Shown: positions 49,820 to 62,578, counted from the stretch's first letter. The stretch: 64,000 bases of DNA from Squalus acanthias (GCA_030390025.1 CM059432.1:18416001-18480000), one strand, 5' to 3'. Program-made: numbers and translations. The notes: generated by a model not told the origin, from the sequence alone.

Positions 49820-51775
49820 GGCACAGATGACATCCGATGTGACTGTGACTGTGGCAAGCTATCCCTCCTCATCCTTCTCAACCTGTCTGCAGCTGTTGAC
49901 ACGGTTAACCACACCATTCTCCTCCAACGACTCTCCTCCGTCGGCCAGCTGGTTGGAACTGCCCTCACCTTGTTCCATTCCTCTTTATCTAATGGTAGCC
50001 AGAGAATCACCATCAATATCTTCTATTCCCGCTTCCACACCGTTACCTCTGGAGTCTCCCAAGGATCTATCCTTGGCCCCCTCCTATTTTTCATTTACAT
50101 GCTGCCCCTCGGCGACATCATCTGAAAGCACAATTTCAAGTTCCAATGTGCGCTAAGGACACCCAGCTCTACCTCACCACCACCACTTCTCTCGACCACT
50201 CCACTGCCTCTGAGTTGTCACACTGTTTGTCCGACATGAGCAAGAATTTCCTCGAACTAAATATTAGGAAGACTGAAGCCAATGTCTTTGGTCTCCGCCA
50301 CAAACTCCGTTCCTTGGCCACCAACTCCATCCTTCTCCCTGGCCACTGTCTGAGGCTGAACCAGACTGTTCGCAACCTTGGCATTCTATTTGACCCTGAG
50401 ATGAGTTTCCGACCCCATATCCTCTCCATCACCAAGACAGCCTACTTCCACCTTCATAACATCACCCAACTCTGCTGCTGAAACCCTCATCCATACCTTT
50501 GTTACCTCTAGACTCGACTATTCTAATGCTCCCCTGGCTGGCCCCCCACCTTGCACCCTCCATAAACTTGAGATCATCCAAAACTCTGCTGCCCGTGTCC
50601 TAACTCGCACCAAGACCAGTTCATCCATCACCCCATTGCTGACCTTAATGGCACAGTTTTAAAGAGTGTGCAGGGAGTTAATGTGCATAGGTCCCTGAAG
50701 GTGGCAGGACATATTGAGAGAGTGGTTAACAAAGCATATGGGATCTTGGGCTTCATAAATAGAGGTATTGAGTACAAAAGTAGAGAAGTTATACTGAACC
50801 TTTATAAAGCGCTGGTTAGGCCACAACTGGAGTATTGCTTCCAGTTCTGGTCACCACACTTTAGGAAGGATGTGAAGGCACTTGAGGGGGTGCAGAGGAG
50901 ATTTACCAGAATGGTTCCGGGGATGGGGGATCTTAGCTACAAGGACAGGTTGGAGAAGCTGGATTTGTTTTCATTAGAGCAAAGAAGGTTGTGGGGTGAT
51001 TTGATAGAGGTGTACAAGATTATGACTGGTTTGGATAGGCTAGACGGGGAAAGGCTGTTCCCACTAATTGATGGTACAAGGACTAGTGGACACAGATTTA
51101 AGGTTATGGGCAAGACATACAGGGGGGATGTGAGGAAAAACTTTTTTACACAGCGAGTGATGATGACCTGGAATTCGCTGCCAACGGATGTGGTGGAAGC
51201 GGAGACACTCAATGTTTTCAAGGGGAGACTGGATAGGCACTTGAGGGAAATAAACTTGCAGGGCTACGGGGATAGAGCGGGGGAATGGGACTGACTGGAT
51301 TGCTCGACAGAGAGCCGGCACGGACTCGATGGGCCGAATGGCCTTCTTCTGTGCCGTTATGACTCTATATGACTCTATGACCTACATTGGTTCCTGATCC
51401 GGTAATGTCTCCATTTTAAAATTCTCATCCTTGTTTTCAAATCCCTCGCCCCTCATTATATCTGTCACCTCCTCCAGCCCTACAATCCTCCGAGATCTCT
51501 GCACACCTCCAATTCTGGCGTCTTGCGTACCCCCGATTTTCATAGCTCCACCATTCAGCTGCCTAAGCCTGTAGCTCTGGAATTCCCTCCCAAACCTCTC
51601 CTCCTTTAAGACGCTCCTTAAAACCTACTTCTTTGACCAAGCTTTTGGTCACCGGTCCTAATATCTACTTATGTGGCTCGGTGTCAAATTTTGTTTGATA
51701 ACGCTCCTGTGAAATGCTTTGGGACGTTTCACAACGTTAAAGGCGCTGTATAAATGCAAGTTGTTGTTGTTGTTG
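49820..51775 (+). mobile_element. Decayed L2 LINE (RT plus 3' end) interrupted by CR1
   Basis: LSAAVDTVNH, QGSILGP, DTQLY, VRNLGILFD; (TTG)n tail. Confidence 0.88.
50644..51382 (+). mobile_element. CR1 family B 3' fragment
   Basis: ORF 50668-51294 is highly similar to 32600-33259. Confidence 0.93.
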
Positions 51776-52092
51776 AGATAGGACAATTTACTAATACTTT
51801 GGCAACATATTTCACTGATGGTTCAATTTCTACATCAAGAGGAAGGAAATCGTAGAATCATAGAATCATGCTGCACAGAAGGAGGCCATTCGGCCCATTG
51901 TGTCTGTGCCGGCTCTTTGAAATCCAATTAGTCCCACTCCCCTGCTCTTTCCCTATAGCCCAGCAACTATTTTCCTTTTCAAGTATTTATCCAATTCGCT
52001 TGTGGAAGTTACTGTTGAATCTGCTTCCACCGCCCTTTCAGGCAGTGCATTCAAATGTTGGTTTGATTTATATGATGTCAGTTTGCATACCA

Positions 52093-52680
52093 AACAACAA
52101 CAACAACTTGCATTTATAAGGCACCTTTAACGTAGCAAATCATCCAAAGGCACTTCACAGTGGCGTAATCAGACAAATGTAGGCGGAGACAAAGAAGGAG
52201 ATATTAGGAGGGCCTTAAAGGAGGAGATGGAGGTGGAGAGGCGGAGGAGTTTAGAGTAGGAATTCCACTGTGGGGCCTAGATAGCTAAAGGCACCACTGC
52301 TAATGGTGGGCAAAGGGAGGGAGGATGCATAAATGGCCAAAGTCAGAGGAATGGAAAGTACGGGGGGAGGGGGGGCGGGGTGCGTGGAGAGGTCATTTGT
52401 AGGGCTAGAGGAGGTTACAGAGACAGGGAGGGGCAAGACCATGCAAGTATTTATACACGAGGATAAGAATTTTAAATTTGAGTTGTTGGAGGACTAGGAT
52501 ATAACGTAGGCCAGCAAGGACGGGAGTGATGGCGGAACACCATTTGATTTGGATGAGTTGAAGTTCATTGAGGCTGACCAGGAGAGCAATGGAAAAATCA
52601 AAGGCATGGATGAGGGTTTCAGTGGAAGGTGGGCTGAGACAGGGATGGAGGTGGGTGATGTTACAGAGATGGAAGTAAGC
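52093..52680 (-). mobile_element. Old L2 3' end
   Basis: (CAA)n-CTTGCATTTATA tail. Confidence 0.78.
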
Positions 52681-54801
52681 AATCTTTTACATAGGATTAC
52701 ATAGGATATACAGCACAGAAACAGGCTATTCGGCCCAACCAGTCCATGCTGGCATTTATGCTCCACTCGAGCCTCTTCCCATCTTTCCTCATCTAACTCT
52801 ATCAGCATAACCCTCTATTCCCTTCTCCCTCATATGCTTATCTAGCCTCCCTTTAAATACATCTATACTATTCGCTTCAACCACTCCCTGTGGTAGCGAG
52901 TTCCACATTCTCATCACTCTCTGGGTAAAGAAGTTCCTTCTGAATTCTCTATTTGATTCCTTGGTGAATATCTTATATTGATGGCCTCTAGTTTTGCTCT
53001 TTCCCACAAGTGGAAACACTCTCTATCTACTCTATCAAAACCTTTCATAATTTTAAAGACCTCTATTAGGTCACGCTTCTTTTTTCAAGAGAAAAGAGAC
53101 CCAGCCTGTTCATCCTTTCCTGATAGATATACCCTTGCATTTCTGGTATCAGCCTTATAAATCTTCTCTGCACCCTCTCCAGTGCCTCTATATCCTTTTT
53201 ATAATATGGCGACCAGGACTGTACACAGTACTTCAAGTGTGGTCTAACCAAGGTTCAATACAAGTTTAGCATAACTTCTCTAATCTCTACTCTTCAATTC
53301 AATCCCTCCAGAAATAAACCATAGTGCTTGGATTTCTTTTTTATGGCCTTGTTAACCTATGTTGCTACTTTCAGTAATTTGTGTATTTGTACTCCAAGAT
53401 CCCTTTGCTCTTCTACCCCACTTAGATTTGTATTTTCCAAGTAATATGTGACCTCCCTATTTTTCTTACCAAAATGTAATACCTCACATTTATCTGTGTT
53501 GAATTTCATTTGCCCATTCTGCAAGTTTATTAATGTCTTCTTATAATTTGTTGCAGTCCTCCCTCAGTATTGACTATCCCCCCCCCCCAAATTTGGTGTC
53601 ATCTGCAAATTTAGAAATTGTGTTTTTGATTCCATAGTCTAAATCGTTAATATAAATTGTGAACAACAGTGGTCCCAGCACTGATCCTTCTGGAACACCC
53701 ATCTTCTGCCACACTGAATAGCTACCCTTTACCCCTACTCTCTGCTTTCTGTCTTGAAGCCAGCTAATTATCCATTCTGATACTTGTCCCCTGACTTCTT
53801 CATTAGTCTATTATGTGGTACCTTATCGAAGGCCTTTTGAAAATCTAGATAAATTACATCTACTGCATTACCCTTGTCTACTCTCTGTGTTACTCTTCAA
53901 AAAATTCAGTGAGGTTGGTCAAGCAAGACTATCCCTTTTGAAATCCATGCTGACTATTCATTATTATATTTTTGGTTTCTAGATGTTCTTCTATTTTCTC
54001 CTTTAGTAGGGATTGCATTATTTTTCCTACCACCGATGTTAAGCTGACTGGTCTATAATTCCCTGGACATGTTCTATCTCCCTTCTTAAATTTAGGTATT
54101 ACGTTAGCTTTCCGCCAGTCTTCTGGCACTATACCTTTTCTAACGAATTATTAAATATGTGTAGTAATGCCTCTGCTATCTCTTCCCTAGATTCTTTAAA
54201 AATTTGTGGATTTAACCCATCTGGACCAGGGGTCCTGGGGTTCCCTGGGTACCCACGGGTGGAGGCCCACATATTTCAGGAGTGCAGGCAGTTCGCGAGT
54301 GCCCCAGGATCATGTGGGCCGGACCAACGAATGATAGAAGGGAATCCCCATTCATACTTATGGGGATTCCGTATGTACAGAAACCCCATAAGCATGAATG
54401 GGAATACCCCAAAAAATACACCTAGACATCACATATTTAAAATTAATTAAAATGGTGTTTAATTAAATATTTAAAACAAAAATTTAATTTTTTGATAAAT
54501 AAATGTACATGTTTTAATGGGGCTAAAAATAAACTTACCTTATTTAGGCCCACAGAGGCGGCGGCGGTAAAAGGCGGCAGCGACCAGGTAGGCTTTCACC
54601 AAGCCGAGAGCAGGAGAGAGGTAAAAAATAATCGAAGTGTGACGTCACCAGAAAGCAGGTAAGTGATTGGTTGGTGAGTATTTCTCTTTTTTTTATACAA
54701 AACTTCAATTTTATTGTTTCTCGGGTATCTGTGGTGTAGCAGAGACTGCTGGCATAAATTAACTGAAGGGTAAATAATACATTTTTAATTAATTACATAG
54801 A

Positions 54802-55758
54802 ATGGGAGAGCAGGTGATGTGTTACTGCTGCAATATGTGGGAGCTGGTGGACACCATTGATGTTCACGGTGAACACATTTGCAGTAAGTGTTGGCTGCTC
54901 GAGGAACTCCGGCTCCGTGTTGATGAGCTGGAGTCCGAGCTTCAAACACTGCGACACATCAGGGAGGGGGAGAGTTACCTGGACTCCGTGTTTCAGGAGG
55001 TAGTCACACCAATTAGAGTAACTAATTCAGAAGTAGCCCGTGGTCAGGGACAGGAAGGTGTGACTACGAGTGAGGCAGGTACAGGGATCCAGGAGGTAGT
55101 GTTGGAGGAGCCGCAGCCCTTGCTCTTGTCCAACAGGTTCGAGGCTCTTACTCCCTGTGTGGATAGGAGCGGGGACTGCAGGGAGGATGAGCAACCTGGC
55201 CACAGCACCGTGGTAAGGGGGGCCATTCAAGTGGGGGGAGTAAAAAGAAATGTTGTAGTGGTAGGGGATAGTATCATTAGGGGGATAGATAGGGTTCTTT
55301 GCAGCCAAGAGCGAGAGTCCCGAAGGCTGTGTTGCCTGCCCGGTGCCAGGGTTAAGGACATCTCCTCTGGGCTGGAGAGAAACTTGGAGTGGGAGGGGGA
55401 GGATCCAGTTGGCGTGGTCCATGTTGGTACCAATGACATAGATAGGACAAGGAAAGAGGTTCTGCTGAGGGAGTTTGAGCAGCTAGGGGCCAAATTAAAA
55501 AGCAGAACCTCGAGGGTAATAATCTCTGGATTACTACCTGAGCCACGAGCAAATTTGGCTAGGGTAAATAAAATCAGGGAGTTGAATGCGTGGCTCAAAG
55601 ACTGGTGTGGGAAAAATGGGTTTTGCTTCTTGGGACACTGGCACCAGTACTGGGGCAGGAGAGAGCTGTTCCGTTGGGACGGACTTCACTTGGCCAGTGC
55701 TGGGACTAGTGTCCTGGCGAATCGAATAACTAGGGCTGTGGAGAGGGCTTTAAACTAA
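54802..55758 (+). CDS. CR1 ORF1p: zinc finger/leucine zipper plus SGNH esterase, 318 aa
   Basis: CxxC...CxxC, heptad leucines, GDS, PGAR, HVGTND, DGLH. Confidence 0.93.
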   Translation: MGEQVMCYCCNMWELVDTIDVHGEHICSKCWLLEELRLRVDELESELQTLRHIREGESYLDSVFQEVVTPIRVTNSEVARGQGQEGVTTSEAGTGIQEVVLEEPQPLLLSNRFEALTPCVDRSGDCREDEQPGHSTVVRGAIQVGGVKRNVVVVGDSIIRGIDRVLCSQERESRRLCCLPGARVKDISSGLERNLEWEGEDPVGVVHVGTNDIDRTRKEVLLREFEQLGAKLKSRTSRVIISGLLPEPRANLARVNKIRELNAWLKDWCGKNGFCFLGHWHQYWGRRELFRWDGLHLASAGTSVLANRITRAVERALN

Positions 55759-55796
55759 TTAGTGGGGGGGAGGTTTCAAGAGAGCAAAAAATAAAA

Positions 55797-58748
55797 ATGA
55801 CAACAGAGAGGGTCATAGACATAGGTAGCAGTAGGGGAATCACAAATCAGAGCGTGGCAGGAAGGGACAGAGTGTGTGGAGTAAAAGGTAAACTGGTAAA
55901 AAGTGAAAAAGCAGGAACTAAGTGCCACAAAGCATATTTGAAAGTTCTCTATCTGAATGCACGTAGCATTCGTAACAAAATAGACGAGTTAATGGCACAA
56001 ATAACTACATATGGTTATGATATTGTGGCCATTACAGAAACATGGCTGCAGGGTGACAATGCCTGGGAATTAAACATACCAGGTTATTTAACGATCAGGA
56101 AGGACAGGCAGGAAGGAAGGGGAGGTGGGGTGGCTATGTTAATAAAGGAAGGAATCACTGTAATACAGAGTAATGATATTGGGTCAAAAAATCATGATAA
56201 TGAAACAGTTTGGGTGGAGATAAGGAATAATAAGGGGAAAAAAACATTAGTGGGCGTAGTCTATAGGCCTCCGAACAGTTGCAACTCTATTGGACGGAGT
56301 ATCAATCAGGAAATAGTTGAGGCATGTAATAAGGGAACATCTATAATTATGGGGGATTTTAACTATCATATTAATTGGACAAATCAAATGGGGCAGGGCT
56401 GCCTTGAGGATGAGTTCATTGAGTGTATTAGGGATGGGTTTCTTGAGCAGTATGTAACTGAACCGACCAGGGGGCAAGCAACCTTAGATCTGGTCCTGTG
56501 TAACGAGACAGGATTAATTAAAAATGTCCTAGTAAAGGATCCCCTTGGAATGAGTGACCATAACATGGTTGAATTCCATATTCAATTAGAGGGTGAGAAG
56601 GTTGGATCTCAAACAAGCGTGCTAAGCTTGAATAAAGGAGACTATGAAGGTATGCGAGCGGAATTGAGTAGAGTGGATTGGGAAAATAGATTAAAGGGTA
56701 AGACGACACATGATCAGTGGTGTACATTCAAGGAGTTATTTTACAACTTCCAAAAAAAATATATTCCACTGAAAAGAAAAGGGTGTAAAAGAAAGGACAG
56801 TCATCCGTGGCTAAGTAAAGAAATTAAGGATAGTATTCGACTAAAAACAAGGGCATATAAGGTAGCGAAATCTAGTGGGAGGACAGAGGATTGGGAAAAC
56901 TTTAAAAGGCAGCAAAAAATAACAAAAAGATTGATTAAGAAAGGGAAGATAGATTATGAAAGTAAATTAGCAAAAAATATAAAAACAGATAGTAAGAGTT
57001 TTTATAGTTATATAAAAAGAAAAAGGGTGGCGAAAGTAAATGTTGGTCCCTTAGAGGATGAGACCGGGAAATTAATGGTGGGAAATATGGAGATGGCAAA
57101 AACACTGAATGAATATTTTGTATCAGTCTTTACAGTAGAGGACACTAAGAATATCCCAACACTGGACAAACAGGGGGCTATAGGGGGAGAGGAGCTAAAC
57201 ACGATCAAAATCACTAAGGAAGTGGTACTCGGTAAAATAATGGGACTCAAGGCGGATAAATCACCTGGACCTGATGGCTTACATCCTAGAGTCTTGAAGG
57301 AAGTGGCGGTAGGGATTGTAGATGCATTGGTAATAATTTTTCAAAACTCCCTGGATTCCGCTAAGGTCCCGGCAGACTGGAAAACTGCTAATGTAACACC
57401 CTTATTTAAAAAGGGCAGTAGACAGAAGGCTGGTAACTATAGACCGGTTAGCCTAACATCTGTGGTAGGTAAAATTTTGGAGTCCATTATTAAGGAAACA
57501 GTAACAGGACATTTGGATAATCATAATTTAATAGGACAAAGTCAGCATGGTTTTACGAAGGGGAAGTCATGTTTGACAAATTTGCTGGAGTTCTTTGAGG
57601 AAGTAACATATAGAGTGGATAAAGGGGAACCAGTGGACGTAGTGTATTTAGACTTCCAAAAGGCATTTGACAAGGTGCCACACAAAAGATTATTGCTTAA
57701 GGTAAAAAATCACGGGATTGGGGGTAATATTCTGGCATGGATAGAGGATTGGCTATCTAACAGAAAGCAAAGAGTTGGGATAAATGGTTCATTCTCAGGC
57801 TGGCAATCAGTAACTAGTGGTGTTCCACAGGGGTCAGTGCTGGGTCCCCAACTCTTCACAATCTATATTAACGATTTGGAGGAAGGGACCAAGTGTAACA
57901 TATCAAAATTTGCAGATGATACAAAGATGGGAGGGAAAGTAGTGAGTGAGGAGGACATAAAAAACCTGCAAGGGGACATAGACAGGCTAAGTAAGTGGGC
58001 AGAGATTTGGCAGATGGAATACAACACTGGAAAGTGTGAGGTGATGCACTTTGGCAGGAAAAATCCTAGAGCAATTTATTATCTTAATGGCAAGAAACTG
58101 GAGAGTACTGAAGTGCAAAGGGATCTGGGGGTCCTGGTGCACGAAACTCAAAAGGTTAGTATGCAGGTGCAGCAAGTGATTAAGAAGGCAAATGGAATGT
58201 TGGCTTTCATTGCTAGGGGGATAGAATATAAAAATAGGGAGGTATTGCTTCAGTTGTACAAGGTATTGGTGAGACCGCACCTGGAATACTGCATACAGTT
58301 TTGGTGTCCTTACTTAAGGAAAGACATCCTTGCTCTCGAGGCAGTGCAAAAAAGGTTCACTCGGTTAATCCCGGGGATGAGGGGGTGGTCATATGAGGAG
58401 AGGTTGGGTAGATTGGGACTCTACTCATTGGAGTTCAGAAGAATGAGAGGCGATCTTATTGAAACATATAAGATTGTGAAGGGGTTGGATCGGGTGGATG
58501 CGGGGAGGATGTTCCCGATGACGGGTGAGATGAGGACTAGGGGACATAGTCTTAGAATAAGGGGCTGCTCTTTCAAAACTGAGATGAGGAGGAACTACTT
58601 CACTCAGAGGGTGGTAGGTCCATGGAATATGCTGCCACAAAAAGCTGTAGAAGCTACAACATTAATTAAATTTAAAACAGAAATAGACAGTTTCCTAGAA
58701 GTAAAGGGCATTAAGGGTTACGGGGAGCGGGCAGGAATTTGGACATGA
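55797..58748 (+). CDS. CR1 ORF2p: APE endonuclease plus reverse transcriptase, 983 aa
   Basis: YLNARS, ITETWL, YRPP, GDFN, SDH; QHGF, DFQKAFD, GVPQGSVLGP, FADD. Confidence 0.97.
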   Translation: MTTERVIDIGSSRGITNQSVAGRDRVCGVKGKLVKSEKAGTKCHKAYLKVLYLNARSIRNKIDELMAQITTYGYDIVAITETWLQGDNAWELNIPGYLTIRKDRQEGRGGGVAMLIKEGITVIQSNDIGSKNHDNETVWVEIRNNKGKKTLVGVVYRPPNSCNSIGRSINQEIVEACNKGTSIIMGDFNYHINWTNQMGQGCLEDEFIECIRDGFLEQYVTEPTRGQATLDLVLCNETGLIKNVLVKDPLGMSDHNMVEFHIQLEGEKVGSQTSVLSLNKGDYEGMRAELSRVDWENRLKGKTTHDQWCTFKELFYNFQKKYIPLKRKGCKRKDSHPWLSKEIKDSIRLKTRAYKVAKSSGRTEDWENFKRQQKITKRLIKKGKIDYESKLAKNIKTDSKSFYSYIKRKRVAKVNVGPLEDETGKLMVGNMEMAKTLNEYFVSVFTVEDTKNIPTLDKQGAIGGEELNTIKITKEVVLGKIMGLKADKSPGPDGLHPRVLKEVAVGIVDALVIIFQNSLDSAKVPADWKTANVTPLFKKGSRQKAGNYRPVSLTSVVGKILESIIKETVTGHLDNHNLIGQSQHGFTKGKSCLTNLLEFFEEVTYRVDKGEPVDVVYLDFQKAFDKVPHKRLLLKVKNHGIGGNILAWIEDWLSNRKQRVGINGSFSGWQSVTSGVPQGSVLGPQLFTIYINDLEEGTKCNISKFADDTKMGGKVVSEEDIKNLQGDIDRLSKWAEIWQMEYNTGKCEVMHFGRKNPRAIYYLNGKKLESTEVQRDLGVLVHETQKVSMQVQQVIKKANGMLAFIARGIEYKNREVLLQLYKVLVRPHLEYCIQFWCPYLRKDILALEAVQKRFTRLIPGMRGWSYEERLGRLGLYSLEFRRMRGDLIETYKIVKGLDRVDAGRMFPMTGEMRTRGHSLRIRGCSFKTEMRRNYFTQRVVGPWNMLPQKAVEATTLIKFKTEIDSFLEVKGIKGYGERAGIWT

Positions 58749-61700
58749 GTCTAGGTTCGGATCGGTCATGGCCCTGTGGGTAGTGGAGCGGGCCCAGGGA
58801 CTGTGTAGCCTGATTCTGCTCCTATTTCGTGTGTGCAATTCTGTTAGATGCAGGAGATGGTTCTGTGATAGATAGTAGATTGGCGGTTAGGATCAGATCA
58901 GCCATGATCTTATTGAATGGCGGAGCAGGCTCGAGGGGCCGATTGGCCTACTCCTGCTCCTATTTCTTATGTTCTTATGTTCTTATGTTCTTAACAAGTT
59001 TTTAAATGTATAAATTATTGATAAAATTTTATTTTTCTGTTTTTTAAAACACTTACGCTGGTAAAATCAGGCCTTACGTTTGCTTTTACCAGGCGTAAGA
59101 ATTTCACGGCCATTCGCTGGGTAGAAGCTGGGCAAATAGCCCAACTCTCCACCCGCGGATGCCCCTTTCCCAGGGATGCGTTGGATTTGTCAAGAGAATG
59201 ATCACAAGTTTCGTGTTTTAGCACATGTGCTTCGCATGCCTAAACCTGGAACTTGCGCGGCCCCTACAGGCGCGCGCGCACCTCGTACACACCCTTAGGG
59301 GCCGCAAATTTCGGCCCAGTGTTTCTGCCATTCCTCTATCGCTGCCTGTGATATTATCCTGTCTTTCTAATTCTTTTTTTTACTTCTCTCCTAATCTCTT
59401 CATATTCTCTCTTGTCATGCTCTCCCCTGCTGTCCATGTAGTTAGTGTATGCCTCTTTCCTTAGCCTCCATTTTTCCCTTATGTCTTTACTCATCCATGG
59501 TGTCTCATTAGTGTTTAGGTTGTTCTTGTTTTTTAGCAGAATATATTTTTCCCGGACTCTGTTGAACACCATTTAAAATATTTCCCACTGCTGTTCTACA
59601 TCATTGTTTGCCAATATTGTTGTCCATTTTATTTTCCCAAGTTCTACTCAGCCTTGCAAAATTGGCTTTTCTCCAATCTATTACCCTGGTCTTCGTCATA
59701 CTTATGTCCTTCTCAATTATTATCTTGAAGCATATTATATTATGGTCACTATTGCATAGATGTTCCCCTACTTTTACTTCTTTTATCTGCTCTGGTTCAT
59801 TCCCCATTACTAGATCCAATAGCGAATCCTCCCTTGTTGGGCTTCTTACATATTGGGTTAGAAAGGAGTCCTGTAGACATTGTAGGAACTCCATTCCCTT
59901 ATCCCCTTTACCTACCTCTTCTGGCCAATCAATATTGGGGTAGTTGAAATCCCCATGATTATTATTCTATGTTTTTTACTAATTTCCCTAATTTGTTTGC
60001 ATATTTATTCCATCACCTCCCTTACACTATTAGGTGGTCTGTAGACTATCCCTATTAGTGTGATTGATTCTTTATTATCTTTTATCTCTATCCATATGGA
60101 TTCTATTTTTATCTTGCTGATAGCTGCGTCACTTTATGTTATCCCTAATAAGTACAGCGACTTCACCTCCCCTTTTTCCCTCTCTATCTTTTCTAAATAT
60201 GTTATACCCTGCAATGTTTAATTCCCAGTCCTGATTTTTTCATAGCCATGTCTCAGTAATCCCTATTATGTCTAGTTCCTCGCAACATATTATTGCCTCT
60301 AGTTCCCCTGTTTTATTATGGACACTGTGTGCATTGCTGTACAGACAGTTTAACTCATTTTTAACAGCAGTTCCTCTCACTTTATTCTTAACCAGCTTTT
60401 TACACTCCTGTTCTATAACTATTTATTCCCTGGCCATCAATGTCCTCCCTTACTTTATTATTTCCTATGCTCTCCTTTCCTGTTTTGTTTATATTTAGGT
60501 TGGTTTCATTTCTTGTAGATCCCTCCCTCCGTCTTACTAGTTTAAAGCTTTAGCCACCTCCCAATTTACCCTTTCCACTAGGACACGGGACGCATCCTGG
60601 TTCAGTTGGCGCCTGTCCCATCGGTTCAGCTCCTTCCTGTCCCAGCACTGGTGCCAGTGTCCCATGAAAAGGAATCCCTCTTTCCCACACCAGCCCTTTA
60701 GCCATGTGTTAATTCTCCTGATCTGATTGTTTCTATGCTAATTTGCACATGGCTCGGGCAATATCTATAGATTATTACCCTCGAGGTCCTGATTTTTAAT
60801 TTCGCTCCTAACTCCTGATACTCCCTCAGCAGGACCTCCTCACTGTTCCTACCTATGTTGTTTGTTTTGACATGGGCCACGTCAACTGGATTTACCCCCT
60901 CCCTTTCCAAATTCCTTTCCAGCTGCCTCGAGATATCCCTTACCCTTCAGGATTCTTGTTCATGGCTGCAGAGGATGCTATCTATCCCCTAATTATAGAA
61001 TCTCCTATCACTCCTACACTTCTATTCTACTCTTCCCCCCCCTTGGACAGCCTTCTGAGCCATGGTGCCTTGGTCTGCATTGTGGCTGTCTCAGCCGCAG
61101 TTTTTCTCCTTGTCCTCACAGGTAGCGAGTATGTTGTACCTGTTGGACAGGACCAGTGTCTGCGGGACCTCTTCTCAAACTCTCCGAAGTCCTCGCTATC
61201 CGGCTCCCTAACAGTCGCACCCTCCCTTTCCGGAAACTGTGCTTTCCTTTGGGGTGTGACTGTTTTCTCGATAAAACTATCCAGAAATTTCTCCCCCTCC
61301 CTTATGTTTCGGAGTGTCTCTAACTCACACTCCAGCTCAATGACTCTGAGCCGGAGTGACTGAAGGCAGAGATATTTCCTGCAGATGTGGGAATCTGGGA
61401 CAGTCTGGCTGTCCACAAACTCCCACATACTACAGTCCCGACACATAGCCTGCCCTGCCATCTCGAGACTTTATTTATTTACTTATTGTGTTGAAGGTCG
61501 GAAGCTCAGCTCGGGGTTGAATAGGATGCTGAGGTTGTGAACAATCTCGTTCAACCGGATATCAAACTAGTGAAAAGGAGGAACTATTATACATATATTA
61601 ATATCAGCATGGCTTCCTTTACCTGGATCATAGCAATTTTTAAATGTCAACATATATGCCACTTACCTTACAAATTGCAGAAAATTGGGCCCAAAGGTTG

Positions 61701-61846
61701 ACATTGATATTAATACTGGAGATGGGAATATCTAATGAACTAAATAATTGTTAATAAAATAAGCCACACCTACCCTACAATGCAAATCTGCTGTTGACTT
61801 AGCACAGTACTGTCATCGCTAACAATACCATTTTTGGCAGTAGATT

Positions 61847-62578
61847 GTGGGTAGAGGTGCCATTACACTGCTAGGTTTATTCTATAGGCCACCAACTAGT
61901 GGGAAGGATATAGAGGAACGATCTTGTGGGGAATTTACAGAGAGGTGCAAGGACTTTAGAGTAGGGATAATGGGGGACTGCAACTATCCTAATATAGACT
62001 GGGATAGTAATAGTGTAAAGGGCAGAGAGGGAGAAGAATTTCTGAAGTGTGTTCAGGAGAGCTTTCTTGATCAGTACGTTTCCGGCCCGAGGAAGGAGGC
62101 ATTGCCGGATCTGGTTCTGTGGAATGAGGTGGGTCAAGTGGAGCAAGTGTCAGTAGGGGAACATTTAGGGAACAGTGATCATAGTATCATAAGGTTTAGA
62201 TTAGCTTTGGAAAAGGACAGGGAGCAATCTAAAGTAAAAATACTTAATTGGAGGAAGGCCAATTTCAGTGGGTTGAAAATGGATCTGGCCCGGGTGAATT
62301 GGAATCAAAGATTGGCAGGCAAAACTGTAGTCAAAAAATGAGCTGCCTTTAAAGAGGAGAAGGTTTGGGTACTGTCGAGGTACATTCCCACAAGGGGGAA
62401 AGGTAGGGCAACTGAAACCAGAGCTCCCTGGATGATAAAAACGATAGAGAGTAAGATGAAGCAGAAAAAGGGGGAGTATGACAGATGTCAGGTTGAGAAT
62501 ATAAGTGAGAACCAGGCTGAATATAGAAAGTTTGGGGGGGAAGTGAAAAAGGAAATATGAGGGGCAAAGAGAGGGTAT
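61847..62578 (+). mobile_element. Decayed CR1 endonuclease fragment, interrupted by an LTR
   Basis: FYRPP, MGDCNYP, LGNSDH. Confidence 0.87.

Larger units (their letters stand above)
54546..58992 (+). mobile_element. Full-length, apparently intact CR1 LINE
   Basis: 5' UTR, two uninterrupted ORFs, 3' stem-loop and (ATGTTCTT)n tail. Confidence 0.96.
54232..59318. mobile_element. Truncated MITE (54232-54545 and 58993-59318) related to 16689-17452, host of the intact CR1
   Basis: Right end AAATTTCGGCCC, AT-rich core, GATCA(C/T)GTGGGCC motif shared; left TIR missing. Confidence 0.62.
52687..61480 (-). mobile_element. Decayed near-full-length CR1 (ORF1 about 61461-60540, endonuclease about 60350-59325, RT/3' end 54232-52687), split by a MITE and a younger CR1
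   Basis: MAGQAMCRDCSMWE zinc-finger start, HVKTNNI esterase remnant, PTREDSLLDLV...SDH, NYRPVSLTSVVGK. Confidence 0.85.

Noticed and set aside
55797..58748. Retron, DGR or group II intron RT system
   Set aside because: APE plus FADD RT, esterase ORF1 and microsatellite tail define a CR1 LINE.
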